Assembly: GCA_017499595.2 (NCBI GenBank)
Contig: CM038999.1
Location: 1,426,001-1,490,000, forward strand
Direction of reading: 5' to 3'
DNA: 64,000 nucleotides
Source: Psilocybe cubensis
Taxonomy: Eukaryota
This document shows, one piece after another, positions 40,301 to 54,900 of this stretch. Position numbers and translations under genes: made by a program. Positions within the stretch are counted from its first letter, which is position 1. Every line of letters begins with the position of its first letter. Below the pieces are notes generated by a model. The model did not search any database, was not told where the DNA came from, and saw only the letters and a program-made list of their open reading frames with translations.

Positions 40301-40584
40301 ATTCTGCCACCAATCCCATATGTCCCGTCACCACGCAGGGAAATCTCTGGTAAATCATCGTAGGCATTGTCAGAAGACACATTAGCGCCTATTCCAGGTG
40401 CCCATCCAGTGCTTGTTTTATGTCGTTTGTTGACATGTCCCTCTGGAGCAATGGGTATTGCTATTAGGTTCTGGCTGGCAGTGTCTGGTCGTTGTAAGTA
40501 CTTCTGTTCTTCTTGATCGAGTAAAGCTAGTGCCTGAGCGTCCAGAACAATATCGTCAAACACGTAATCATCTGAATCATCCAT
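37377..40584 (-). CDS. ATR-interacting checkpoint protein (ATRIP/Rad26-like)
   Basis: Acidic N-terminus MDDSDDYVFDDIVLDAQAL (RPA-binding-like), coiled coil with KEGEVSILRRNIEK and ELERLRSQMVFK, LPGFQNAF, helical C-terminal region ending MEASLIGGNG*. Confidence 0.75.
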
Positions 40585-40847
40585 AAACAGTTCGGAAGAT
40601 GTCCAAGTGTTGAAGCAACATAGATTTGACTTGGTTTCAATTAGCAGTCGACTCAGACCTGTGTGGTTAAAATTACTTGGCAGATATGCTGACATAATAT
40701 AAGTAATCGTCCCCTTTCGGCATTTCCGCAACCCGATAAATGACTCCGGCACAAGCACCTCTTGCGCACAACGCTTATGTCAAAGTTGGATACCGATTTT
40801 TGGTTTAAGACCCATTCATAAACCACACACGCTTTCTATATATTTCG

Positions 40848-43800
40848 ATGGAATCGCAAGCAACTGGCGTTCATGGCGCGCAGAAGTTGGATGAGGAAAA
40901 GGCTCGCCATGCGAAGCGCGTTAAGCTTAAGCAACTTAATACGACGCCAATTGTGCAAGGTCCGTCATAATCAACAGGGCCGTTGAACAACGCTTAACAT
41001 TCCTGGAACTAGAAACTGCTAGGCTTGATTCCTCGCTCAAGCGACATACTGCTCTCATTAAGCGTATTCGTCAATCTATGGCGAACGAGAATCGTGACCA
41101 AATCATGAAGGACATCGAATCACTCACCTTGGAGAAATATGTTGACGAACTTGCAGGAGGCGTCATTGAAGGCCTGTCGAGGTGCAAAACAGAAAAGGAT
41201 GTTTGGGCCTCTGTTGAGGTAGGTGGCGTCCTAAACTGACTTCATTGATCCCTGCTTATATGACTTAGATTATCTCGGCGCTTCACCGCCGGTTTCCAAA
41301 AACCTTCACTCCGGCCCTTGTATCTCATTTATCTGCTGCTATAAGTGCACCCTCACGAGCATCTTTGGCCGCTTTGGCTCCAGAACATCGAGAAAAGGAG
41401 GATTCCAGTCGTGTGGCGCGTCAACGACCTATAATCCGAGTATGTTCTGAGTTGGCTTTAGTGGGCATAATCAAGGATGCACCTGACAGAAGCGGAGCTG
41501 AATGGGTTATGAAAGCAATTAAAGAATTGGTGAGTGGATAATATTATGTCTGCGCCTGCGTCCTAATTCATCGGAAAACAGTTGTCCAACGATCCTAGTT
41601 TATCTTCACTGCCTTTATTGACTACTTTCCTGAAGGCCTATTCAAGACCTTTTCTTGGAATAGTCCCTCCAGCTCCATCCAAGCAAATAGGATCTGACAC
41701 TGAACCTGGTAGTTTATCTAATCAGGTTCAAGAAGAGTCTTACTATGGACAATTTCCGGCCCTATCCAAAGAAGAGGAAGGAGAGTTGGTGGAACAAGAT
41801 ATCCGCGATCGATTTAAACGGATGTGTGAGGGCTACTTCGAAAACGTTTGCAAGAAGCTAGTTATTGAGCACAAAGTTTGAGCACTTTACATTCGTTTAT
41901 GAATGCGTGCTAACTCTTTTCTCACAGCGCCTTCAAGAACAAGACAAAAGAAACCACGAGGCATATATCCGCTCTGGAGAAATATTCGAAGATCGTCAGC
42001 AAGCCTACGAGAAGATGACCAAGAATTATGAAAAGTTGTTGACTAGTTGTCAATCGTGAGTAATGGCTTGGGCCTTTCTCTGGAACTATCACTGAATGGC
42101 CAATGTAACAATCTTAGCCTCTCCGAATTATTGTACCTACCGCTTCCAAGTCTTCCTACAGCATCCCAGAAGTCCGATTCCATTCTTATTGGCTCTAATT
42201 CGACCCATTTAAATGGAGATGCAGAAGAAATTATGACCACAGGCGGGAAGTGGGAGGATGAAGAAGAACGACGCTTCTTCGAAGATATCCAGGATCTAAA
42301 AGATTTCGTACCATCTAGTGTTCTTGGGGTGGAAGAAGACATAGAAGAAGATAACAAAGAGATGGAACAAGAGAGGGTAGAAAGAGAGAAAGAAGAAGTT
42401 AGAAAGCTTGAAGAGGAATTGGAACGGCTGGGCGATACAGAGAATCATACAGAAAGCGATAGAACAACCTATGAAGAGTCTCATGAGGATGAGTCCGTTA
42501 TTCTCATCTTTTCATGCAAATTTCTACTAAAACACATTTCAGCATACCCACGCCTACCCCTGGCACACCGAAAGCGAACTCTCCACCTCTATCTCCACAA
42601 CTTGCCCCTCAAGGGCCCTCACAACTCTTAACCGCTCTACTTGTCAGGCTTCCAGACGCCACTAATCGTGCATTGATCGACCAAGCTGCCATCGATTTTG
42701 CGTTCCTGAACTCCAAAGCAGCGCGCAAAAGGCTCACTCGGGTTAGCAAAATACTGTTGTCAATATTTCAGTGCTCATGCCCTTTTAGTTTATGACCCAA
42801 GTTCCAAAAAGCAGGACTGATCTGCTTCCACATTATTCAAGATTAATAGCAACCTTGAATAAATATATGCCTGACATTGGGGCAGATATTGTCGCATTTG
42901 TAAGTTCAGAATGTGGTCTATATGAATACTCACTCTTTTGACCGATTCTGTATTAGTTAGATGAAGAGTTCCGCTATTTACAGAGGAAGAAGAATGTTGT
43001 TAAGGAATTGGCTGAAGTCAGGCTCAAGGTAAAAGACATGTTAGTCCAAGCCAGATTCACCGCCATTTGACATTTTGCAGAACATCATCTTTCTTTCCAA
43101 TCTAACCAAATTCCGCGTGGTACCACCGCACGTTATTTTACATATGTTCAAAGTCTGTCTAGACGATTTCTCTGGGATAAATGTGGAGAATATCGCTCTT
43201 CTTCTAGAAGGTTGTGGCAGATTTTTGCTCAGGAGCCCGGATACTTCAGAAAGATTCAGTACAATGGTAAAAATTATCATATTTTTACACTACCCATTCG
43301 CTGACACCATGTTAAAAGCTCGAACTTATGCGCCGGAAGCAAAATATGCAGCACTTTGACCAAAGGCAACTTCTACTTTTAGAAAATGCCTATTATCAGG
43401 TTTTTATTTTGCCCTTCATCCACTTTAGTGAATCTAACAATCAATTCAGTGCAATCCTCCAGAACGAGCACCCAGGCAGGAGAAAATCCGCACCCCGATC
43501 GAATTATTTATCCGCCATCTGATATATGACGTGCTCGCAAAAAAGACTATCGACAAGGTGCTAAAGCTTCTCCGTAAGCTTGATTGGGATAACGATGATG
43601 TCAAAAGATATTTGCACAAAGTTTTCACAAAACCTTGGAAAATCAAATATAGCAACATTGGGCTATTGGCTATGCTAACTTATGATCTCCAAAGGTACCG
43701 ACCTGCTTTTGCCATCGCAGTTGTCGACCAGGTTCTAGAAGACGTGCGACGAGGCTTAGAGCAAAACGTTTATAGTACCAATCAAAGAAGGCTTGCCACA

Positions 43801-45203
43801 ATGAAGTACCTTGGAGAGCTCTACATCTACAGGCTTCTTAGTTCTGGGATTATTTTCGACACGCTATGGTCACTTGTGACCTTCGGTCATCGTAAGTCAT
43901 TTTTATATCATTTATCGTATATCCTTTTTTTTACTCTAGATTTGTAGCTGATGGGCGTCCATTGCCAAATCAGGCTGTACCTTTGGATATGCCCGACGAC
44001 TTTTTCCGAGTTCGTCTGGTCTGTGTACTTCTCGATACCTGCGGCATGTGTTTCGACCGCGGAACTCAGAAGAAAAAACTGGATAATTTTATCATCTTCT
44101 TACAGGTGTGGCGCTTTTTACATATCATGCACAAACGTTGACTGATAGTCAACAGTATTATATTCATTGCAAGGAACCATTGCCAATGGACGTTGACTTT
44201 ATGCTCTCGGATTCTTTAGAAGTATGTTTGTTAGAGGTTTTTGTTTACATCGAAGCCTCCATATTTATTCATCTTTTACAGGCTGTGAGGCCTAAATTAG
44301 AAATTGCGAAAACAATTGAGCAAGCAGCCATCGCCGTTGACGAAATGTTTAATTCGGCGTACCAAACCACTGGTAATATTGTCTGTCTCACTGCATATTG
44401 CATATTTTGTTAATTTTCACCAGTAGCCGACGACAGTGGTGATGACAGTGATGATGAAGAAGGGGAGAGGCGGGACGATAATGGTCTCGATGACGAAGAG
44501 CAAGAGGAATTTGGCGAGCCAGATTCACCGGTATGTTGTTTATAGTAATCTTTTCTTGTACTCCTATCTCAACACGCCTCTAGGTCGACGAGCGAGCGCC
44601 ATCTCCAGAACAAGACATTGTTCTTTCTGCCAGCAACAGCCTTCAGGAGAATCTCGGTCCCTCCGAGGAGGCTGACGCAGAATTTGCAAAGGAATTAGCT
44701 AAACTTGTCACCGATACATCCGCAGAATCACGAAAAGTAGACAAAAAAACCGCTCTGGCATTATGGGAATCTGCTGTTCTTCCTCCTACCTCTCGAAAAA
44801 AGCGTACAGATGATAGAGATGAAGACCATGACGAGAAAGAGGCCAACGAACCTACAACTATGGCGTTCACTGTTATCACGAAAAAAGGCAATAAACAACA
44901 GGTCGCTCTTATATTCTTGTACGTTAAAAAGAGCGCTGACCAACATCACCTTAGGCCCGTCAAATATCTGTCCCAGCCGCTTCAGCATTGGCGGTCCACA
45001 CCCGCTCAGCCCAACTGCAAGATAAAGTCGAACAACAACACTTAAAAAGATTGGTTCTGGACTATGAACAAAGAGAAGAAGCAGAAGAACTGAAAGGTAG
45101 GATACATGCGTCTCAAATGCACACGATTCATTATTTATCGCATTTTGCAGCCTTGGAAGCCCGGAATCGTGCTGGTGCGATAAAAATACGCTATGTCGGA
45201 TAA
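40848..45203 (+). CDS. UPF2: Nonsense-mediated decay factor UPF2 (three MIF4G domains)
   Basis: LDSSLKRHTALIKRI, KWEDEEERRFFEDIQDLKDFVP, NSKAARKRL, LLEGCGRFLLR, DDFFRVRLVCVLLDTCG, acidic tail, FTVITKKGNKQQ. Confidence 0.95.
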
Positions 45204-45769
45204 CACTATCCTCGTTGTTTCGAGATTATTCATGAACTCACATTGCGACTGTTTCCTGGGCTACCATCCATACGATAACTCGAGCCACCGTCCGCTGGGT
45301 AGTCAAATGGTCTTCAACGCTTCGACTTTCCAGATATTGGTTGCTCAGGCTTTCAAGCTCGCTGCATTTGGTCGCAGCAGACGCGCTGTGTAAGGATACG
45401 GTTACAACCAGTGCACAGTAAATACTCCCCTTGGGACTCGTAGATTTGATTGCATGAAAAGATGTCATGTACATAGGTTTCATGCCGTTCTATAGTCAAA
45501 CCTTCTTGAGCCGCTGTTCAATGCTACACGCTCTTTGAATGGGCAACCCGTTAGTCCCAGCTGAGATACCGCTTGTGACCGGTTGACCCGCCAATAACAT
45601 CCAGAATTCATTTTTGTCCCAATTTGGATAAAACACCCTTTGCGCACCACTGTAATGAATCCTCGGCATAATCTATGGTTAGAAATAACATGGCCTTATC
45701 TGAAACTTCTACCACACAATTCCTCTACATTAATTTATAATCAAGTGGCCTAGAACTTGCCACCTTTCA

Positions 45770-47398
45770 ATGCACTCCACATCACAAGGACCCGAAGACG
45801 AAGACGACTCCGATGCACTTTCATACTCTCAATTACCTCTCTTCGATCCTGAAGATTTGCCCAGAATTACCACAGAGGTTGTCAAATATAACTCGTCAGG
45901 GTCAAATGGTGGCCGAACTTACAACCAGTATCTCCGGGGTGAAAAGATAGGGAAGGGTAAACATGGGGATGTCTATGTATGTAGAGATCAAGAGATAGCA
46001 GGATATGAGTTGGTTCGTCTATGCTTTCAACCATCATGGCAGTGTTAATCGTGTATATAGGCGATGAAGGTCGTTCGAAAGAGCAATAATCGAGACCGAA
46101 TGAAACTTTTACGGAGAACCTACCAACAAGAAAATCCCGATGGCCAACCTGCCATGAACAGTACTTTGAACAGTATTCGAAAGGAGATTGCTTTGATGCA
46201 GAAGTTGCGCCATGCTAATGTGGTCCGGCTGGTCGAGGTGCTAGACAGTCCCAGCGATGAAAAGATATATATAGGTGTGTACATTTGAGGCCTCCTCATC
46301 GTATACAACGCTGACTTGGTTGGCTTTATGCAAGTTATGGAATATCTTTCAGGGGGTCCCGTAGAATGGTGTAATGATGAACACAAAGCAATTCTCACAC
46401 TACAACAAACTCGGCGCATAATAAGGGATACAATATTGGGTCTTGAGTATCGTGCGTGTTGTTTCTCTTTCTCAGCGCCATCAAAGCTACTCACGGCATG
46501 CAGTTCATTACGAAGGTATCATTCATCGCGATATAAAACCTGCAAATATTTTGTATACACCCGATCGCCGTTCTGTCAAGATTATTGACTTCGGTGTTGC
46601 ACACTACACTCCGCCTTCAACCCTACTTTCGAAGACTACAAAGGGAAAGCTCCCCCCTCAACACGAGACAAATACATACCATATTGACTCATCCCTTTTT
46701 CCGGAATCCGACATTCGTAAGAGAGCTGGAACACCATCCTTCCTCGCACCCGAGGTCGTATGGTTTTCAGACGATGATTCTAACATGCCGCCCTCGCCTT
46801 CTTACGACACTATAGCTGGCAGATCGAATGACAGAGCGCTTGTGAACAGCGCAACCACAGACTTCCAGAAACCCAAAACGCGACCTCAAGTTACAAAAGC
46901 AATCGACATCTGGTCCTTAGGAGTGACGTTCTACTGCTTACTTTTTGGTCATACACCATTTACGGTTCCCTCGTCTTCGAACGAGAATATGCAACGTAGT
47001 GAATTCGTGCTGTACAACATCATCTGCACAAAGGACTGGCCTGTGGACGAGACTATGGGTTCCGATGCAATTACTACAGGCGGACGACGACCCTCCAGAT
47101 CAGACTCTGAAGGTTATTGGGTGGTGAATCTGCTAGATCGTATGCTACAGAAAGATCCCCAACACCGTGCTTCCTTGCAGGAGATCAAGGTAAATTCCAG
47201 TATATAATTTTTTGTTCATTTCTCTAATTCTTCTATACTTATCAGGAAAATCCCTGGATATTGAAGGGCATAGAAAACCCTGGAGAATGGGTGCGAATCA
47301 CTTCCCCTTCTCGCGAATACGACGAGGTGAAATCACCATCCAGTTGGGTCAGAACTGCCGGAAAGAAAATTCTAAGGCTTATACCACGCAAAGGATGA
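45770..47398 (+). CDS. Ser/Thr protein kinase, CaMKK/Sak1-Elm1-like
   Basis: YNQY..GEKIGKGKHGDV, AMK, EIALMQKLRHANVVRLVEVLD, HRDIKPANIL, DFGVA, AGTPSFLAPE, AIDIWSLGVTFYCLLFG. Confidence 0.9.
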
Positions 47399-47876
47399 AT
47401 CTGAATTCCACATTCGACAAAAACAGCGCTCAATATTTTGGAACACAGACTTGACGACACCATGCGTTTTATTAATCTATCATGCTACCCAGGATTTCCA
47501 ATCTAATGTATCAGAAGAAATGTACAATTAAATCTCAGTCATGGAGATAATCTAACCATAGACAAATATAGACATTGTATTTCCACTCAGACAAAACCAG
47601 ACAAAACATTGGACACTGCGAGTTATGAAATTTGCATGCATTTGCATTAGCTTCATCCACGTTTGTTGTCCCTAGTATTCTGAAAGTAGTCGTACAGTCC
47701 TTTGTCTAATCCTTATCTGAACGCTATACGTTTCAGTTTCAGTATAAATTTATTTGCGGATTACTATTAGATTAGATTTTACCTGATTGGGCAACATTTT
47801 TTTTGAAATGTATTGCTACCGCAAACTGTAATTTAGTTGCTCGACTTGACTTTATACTCTTTCATCGGCCTTTACG

Positions 47877-50788
47877 ATGACTGAAGCAGCGCATCATCAC
47901 AGGCCTACACTTAAGCAGGTTCTATATCTCACACTGTGTACAATGACACCTCTACTGAATACTGAGATCTGCACAGAAAAATAAATCTTTCAAATCAAAA
48001 CATGCTACGAAAGGATCACTAAAAGATGCAGCAAAAGGCAAGGAATATATCCTGCTGCTTTTGCATCATTTATCTGATTATTCTGCTCATGTATAGGTCG
48101 AATTGCTCGACCATCCCCTAAGGCATCAACAGGCTCGAGCACCGTAGCCCAATCACGTCTAAACCGCAGAAACAACGCAAAGCAATCTGCAGCTGCCAAA
48201 CGCAATGCTTTGGTCTCTGCAACACGTATATTCAACGGCGTAGATGGAGCTCCTCGGATCGTTGCCGTCATTCCTCTCACTGAAGATGTAAGCGCAAAAA
48301 GTACTGTGCAATCTCTGGCGGATGTACTGGATATGAGCGCAGACGATTGTCCTGATGATGGAATATGGAAAATGAAGTGCGAAACCCTTTTTATTGATCA
48401 TAAAATTAATCACTGATTTCAGAATAGAGCTGAACGCTTTAGGACATCACTACAATTTCGTACAGTACCGTACCGAAACTTTTACTCAGCCCTGGATGCT
48501 TGCAAAGTGGCCGATTATGTTGTTTTCGTTCTTTCCAGTAGCGTGGAAGTTGACCCCTGGGGTGATACTCTTCTGAGAACACTCCAAGCTCAGGGTCTTC
48601 CCGAAGTTGTCAGCGTCATCTCTCCAGACGCATCCATTGATGTCAAATCGCGTACTGGCATCCTAAAATCACTTCTATCCTTCGTTCAATATTTCGTCCC
48701 AACCCAAACAAGAGTTTTTGATCTTCATGCTAGCTCTGATAGATTAAATGCATTACGGTCACTTTCTGAAGGAAAGCCTTCCGACGTGAGATGGAAGGAG
48801 GGAAGAACCTGGATTTTGGGCGAAACCACGGAATGGGAGGATGGCACACTCAAACTTACAGGCGTTGCACGTGGATCGCCTCTGTCTGCAAATAGACTTG
48901 TCCACATACCCAACTTTGGTGACTTCCAGGTTTCAAAAGTACATTTCATTCACTACTCGAACCTTTTTGCGAGTAGCTAACGTGTGTTGAATTATAGATT
49001 CTTTCCGCACCACTTCCTAGGACGCACAAGGGTTCCAATGGACCTGCAATGGATGTTGAACCTGCACTTTTGGCTGAGGCCGACCCAACCTCCGCAGATT
49101 CATTGGTGTCAAGCAACGACCCTGAAGATCTACAAAACGAGCAAACATGGCCTACAGAAGAGGAGATGAAAGGCGGAGTTGATGATGTCCAGACTGACAT
49201 CCCTGATGCTGTGGTTGGTACCACACCAAAAGCTGTCCGACGTATCCCTAAAGGGATGAGCGAATACCAAGCAGCATGGATTATCGATGAAGATGACGAC
49301 GAAGAAGGCGATGAAACCAATCAAAGCACGGATGAAGTTGACATGGAAACTCAGGGAGAGGAAGAAGAGGAGATGCAAGATATGCCTATGGACGATGCTG
49401 CGACTGAAAAGGATGTTCGCTTCGAGGATCTTGACATGGAAGAGGAGGAAGAACAGTGAGCAATGTTTCAGCGCATCAATACAAGGTCACTGAATATTAT
49501 CATTTCTACTTCGTAGATTGAATAAGTGGCGCAATCGACAACGAGAAGAAGAAGACGATCAATCGTTCCCTGATGAGATTGATACGCCAAAAGAAATTCC
49601 TGCTAGGACGCGCTTCCAGAGATATCGTGGCATGCGCTCCTTCCGAACAAGTCCTTGGGATGCATACGAAAATCTACCACGTGACTACGCTCGAATATTC
49701 CAATTTGAAGATTTCAAGCGAACTGAACGAAGTGTTCGTCGCAGAGCAGAGCAAGAGTTAAATGTCGTAGAGGTTTGTGCCACTCTTTCTTTTCAACTGG
49801 CACAACCCTGTCTGACCGTTAAATTTTTATAAAGCCTGGTGCTCGTGTCACTCTCTATATCAAAGATGTGCCCCAGGCAGCAACTAGTGTATCGCCTATC
49901 ATCTTGTTCTCTGTTCTACAGCACGAGCACAAGGTGACGGTGCTTAACTTTACTGTGCAGAGAAACACTGAATATGATGGATCCGTTCGTTCGAAAGTGA
50001 GTTTTGCTTTGTGTGGCTATTCCTCGCCGAGAGCTCATAACTGTTTAGGACCCCCTCATTCTCTGTGTAGGGCCCCGCCGTCTAGCAGTCAATCCTATAT
50101 ACAGTCAACACACTCGCGGTGGTGGAAAAGGTGCCAACAACGTTCACAAATTTGAAAGGTACCTTCGTCATGGCGTGACTTCTGTTGCCACTACATACGG
50201 TCCAGTTATATACGGGAGGCAACCATGCGTCTTGCTCAGAGAGACACCCGATGCAGAAGGTGAGTATTTCCACTGTTCTACTTTCAGTTAGGCCTGAGAG
50301 TTTTGCTTGACGACGTGTGTGTTAATAATGTGTTCAATTTTAACAGCTCCACAGCTCGTGGCTATGGGCACCTTTATGAACCCTGATACGACGCGAATAA
50401 TCGCCAAACGAATTATTCTCACTGGACATCCATTCAAAGTGCATAAAAAGACGGCCACTATCCGCTATATGTTCTTCAACCCTGGTGAGTTTCATCGATT
50501 GTTACTGATCTGTAAACACCTTAACCGAATCCAAAAGATGACGTGCACTACTTTAAACCTATTCAACTCCACACTAAGCATGGGCGGACCGGCCACATAC
50601 GCGAATCACTCGGTACTCATGGGTACTTCAAAGCCTACTTCGATGGTCCTATCAATCAAATGGACACTGTTTGCATGTCCTTGTATAAGCGAGTATTCCC
50701 CAAGTGGGCCCGGTTATGGACTCAAAGCAGGATACACGAAGTATCTAATGGGGCAGAAAAGGCAACTTCGGATGCCATGGAGGAGTAG
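47877..50788 (+). CDS. TSR1: Pre-40S ribosome biogenesis factor Tsr1
   Basis: [85 protein letters not shown]. Confidence 0.96.
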
Positions 50789-51430
50789 GTTTATTGTTGT
50801 ATCTCCTAGAATTCTGGAATATACTTCACCTAAGTTACAAGGCCAGTTATACAAGGTCATTTCGATATTCATCATTCTGTTGGCCCATGGGGTACTTGAT
50901 CACTATTCAACTACTTGTTCTCACTCCACTTGAGACGCTGATTCCATGGATATACTGCCGATCTTTTTCTAAACTCACAGCTCCGTTTCTACTAGCGTGA
51001 TTTCTCTTGTGGTAAGATGTTTTCGACATTTGCATCGTATAGGCATATTACTATATATTTTACCGCAGGTTCTTGGTATCTTCCTCTTTCCCGAAGCTGG
51101 TACAACACACTTAAGACTTCGTTGTATCTATGTACACCCAAAGGAGCGGCGGGGGTGGGGATGTGTGGCGTAGGTTTTGTATACAATTCCCCTACGCTTG
51201 TACACTGCGATGGCCACGATCGTCCAATGCAAGCCTCACAAGGTGCGATCGTCCGGCGAGCGCAAAGCATGCGCATTAGCAGTAAGCATGCTACTTATGG
51301 TAGATAGATGGATACTGAAGGCTGAAAAGCGACGATCAACAAATACAGAAATCGGCAGTCACAAGTGAACTGACTGGGATAAGTCGCTGGAGATATGCAA
51401 GCATTCAAAGTCTATGCATTAATACGAGTG

Positions 51431-51690
51431 TTAAGACCTGATATCTAAGGTATTAGTCGAGTGAATTCCGATGGGTGCAGATGATATTCAAGGAAGGGCT
51501 GACCCAGCATCGCTGCGAGTTTGTCGGCGCGGGCAACGCGGGAGTAAGCTGCGGGTAATCTTGACATGGCAGCAGAATGCTGTTGGTCGAGAGACGATCT
51601 CGCTGCGGAAAACTGGCGGAGGGTATAGATAGCGAGCTGCTGAGAATACAACTCGGTTTTGGATTGAGGATGAGCAGAAGTGGTTGGCAT
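51431..51690 (-). CDS. Small uncharacterised protein, 66 aa after splicing
   Basis: TATATAA at 51748-51754, ATG 51690, GT-AG intron 51445-51503 with CTAAT branch site, last exon DIRS*. Confidence 0.62.
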
Positions 51691-51946
51691 GATTGGAATT
51701 TGAAGGACGCTGATTGCTGATATTTAATGATTGGAAGGTCAGGAGGCTTATATATGATTTTACGGGGTGTATACGCGTCCCAGCGCCGTCCCGAGAAAGA
51801 CTTTTACGGAGACTCCACAAGGCTTTGCCGTCCTAATTTGTGGTGTGTTCCTCCAAAGGGCGGCGACGTCATCGGTCTAGACCTTATCCATAATATAAAT
51901 AAAATTAATTGTACGGGTACGTACTGTATACATATTTGCAAAAATA

Positions 51947-54900
51947 TTATCTCCGGACGAGTCGACGACTCCATTGTACACTTCGTGATAGTATATCGCT
52001 CCCCCAAGTCCACACCTCCTCCAGTAATCCGTCCAATCCGCCGCGTTCATCCCAAGACGGTCGCTGGTCAGGCTTCTCCGTGGCGATGAACTTGAGGACG
52101 TCCTTGACCGTCACCAAACCTGATAAAACGCCATTGGCTTCGACGAGAATGGTTCGCGGCCTGCCGAAAGGGATTCAGAACAGCCAATCAAAGATACACC
52201 GCTTCAACTCACCCCATCCGTTTGAATATCTGCATTACAATCTCTAATGGCAGTTCCGGTGACACTGTCATCGGCGTCTGTGCAACGGAATTAGCATTGA
52301 TCTGCATTCATGACGGCTGGCTCACTGACCTTATTAACCCATGGCCAAAATTGTATGCCTTCACCAGCTGTGGTAGGAGCAAAGTATTCCTCCGGTTCAT
52401 CGTCTTCATGCACCTCAGGCGCCAAATCGATGTCGTCAGGTTCTTGGTGCCTCGCAGTGAATAGACACGGGGTATTAGCTAATCTACCCCTGTTCCTTCT
52501 TGCGCGTTCTGAAGTATTCACCAATGACATGTTCAGTCCAAGAAATTGATTAGCCAAATTAAGATTCGCACCGAGGACGTAACGAATTTCGCTTCGGTCT
52601 ATGTACCCCACCAGCGTCAAGGAGCCATCGGATGACACAATGGGAAAACCTTTGAAGTTAGTCGATGAAAGTAGAGATTCTAATAGTATCATGCTAAGAA
52701 GAAGAGCATGTAAAGTAATTGGCCCCAAACGTACCAACATCTTTAACACGCATTCCAGTTTCTGAGAGGGTATTGAGATCCTTTCTCATGACAGTTGACA
52801 CTATAAACAAACGTTCGATATTCTAACGATCCAATAGTAACGCAGACTCGTACCAGTGACGTTGTAGACATGGTCTTCTTTTTCCAGGAACGGGAAACCG
52901 TTGAACCTGATCATTTCATCTGCAATACCATTGGTGCCCAAAAAATCACCGACAGCTTTCGTCACAAGAAGCACGATCTGTAACCAGTAAATAAGACACC
53001 AATCAGAATACTCGGTAGACGATTGTTTACCATAGTCGGTAGAATGTATGTCAGAGCTCCTGTCAATTCAAACATAATCACAACGACTGTCACTGTAATT
53101 CTCATCACCCCACTGCAGGGAACAGATCGAACAGTCATGAAATACACCCGACTATGACATCATAATCATACTCACCTTAGAGCTGCGGCAGCACCAAGGA
53201 AAGCATATGTTCCAGGTGTGATACAAGGTATATCAGGAGCGCAAAATTTGAATATTCCAGATTGTGGGTAAGCACTAAGTCGCTGAGTGAGACGATCTTA
53301 AATGACAGCGCTGGAATGTAAAAGACCCACGTATACATAGCTTTCACCATTATTCCAACCATTCTGCCAAATGTAGCTCCAATAGCCATAGACGGCACAA
53401 ATATTCCTGCAGGTACTTTGCATCCGCAGGAAATAACAACCAAGCCGATGCGAATTATAGTGGCGAGAAGAAGAGAGTTTGATATACGCCATTGTGCGTT
53501 CGTCCTAGAAAGGGGAGACGAAGAGCGATAAGCAAACAGCGAAAATAGAAGCGAGATCGTTGACTAGAATACTCACTGACACAAGTTGAAAACATTTCCC
53601 CCACCCTCACATTCTTTGAAGAGGATTGCCATACTCGACGTCATATCAATGCGGAGAAAGCGATTAAAATATCCAATGAGAGCAGTCAGAGTGGCCAGGG
53701 TAACCGCTTCTGCAACACCATGATTGGCCAGGTGTTTTCGCCGGAAGGCAGCGACTTGAAGGTTGAATTTGATCACGAAGGCCCCATACAAACCCTAAGG
53801 TGATTGGAGACGGTGGGTAAGTATTACGTCGTCATTTCTATAGCTTTTTGGAATCACCCCAAAAATGCCCAAAATCACGAAGAAGATAATCTCGAAGAAG
53901 TGCCAATCGCGATCATAAGTGACTTGGAATAGTACCAATTTGCCGGTTCGAAAAGGGTTCATAGCCTGTTAGCGATATAAAATTGAACCATAAATATATG
54001 GTGGAGTTTCAGCTGATCGCTTACAGCCAATGTAAATGTCGCGACCAACGCACAAAATACGCTTCTCCACATAGTTTTGATGCTAAATGTATGGCTCATT
54101 TCCTTAGAAGGTTAAGCGTCAGCAAACCAAAGCTGCGCCAAAGGTGAGAGTCTACCTCAATCGAGAATAAAACACCTCCAATTGGCGAACCAAATGCAAC
54201 CGCAACACCTGCAGCACTAGCCGCGGTTATGATTTCCCGCATCTTGCCTTATTTCCTGTCAGCAAGACTTGATTACCGCAAAGTAAAAACTGAAGGCATA
54301 CTTTGACTCCGCCGAAAGTTGTCAAACAGTCCAGCGACTAATGAGCCAATACAACATGCGACGTGCACGGAGGGACCCTCTTTTCCAACCGACAATCCCG
54401 ACGCGATAACGAGAGGCTATGCAAAGAATTCTAAGATGTCGTCTGAGTCGATTCTCGAAGTAGGAGGACGAACCAATGTAATGCTTTTGATAAAAAAGGT
54501 AGCAAAGCCTAAGAACCCTTGCATAACAAAGCCGGCCAAGATACATTTGATTTCTGATATACCAGACCCTGCAGCGTACTTTGCAAACGAACGAACAAGA
54601 TGGGAGGCAACAAAAGAGAAGGACATCTGCGGCGCAACATTGATGAGATTGTTAATTAGTGTCTGCAGAAGGAGAGGTGTGTTGTCTGCTCATGGGGCAG
54701 GTACGCACCGCAAACAACACAAAGATTAACCACCTGGCCAGAGTAACATGGCTCCATGTATGCCATGAAGGGCAACCGTCAACCTCTTCTCCCTCAATTT
54801 CCCAGCAGCAGAATTGTTGATTTAGCCACCACCCATCTGAGCAATAGCCCATCTTGATGTCGGATAGCCATTCGCTGACAATGGAGACTATAGCGGCATT

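Noticed and set aside
54540-54575. CLC selectivity motif GSGISE instead of GSGIPE
   Set aside because: As I recall, this variant is common in filamentous-fungal CLCs; the central Ser and both key glutamates are present.
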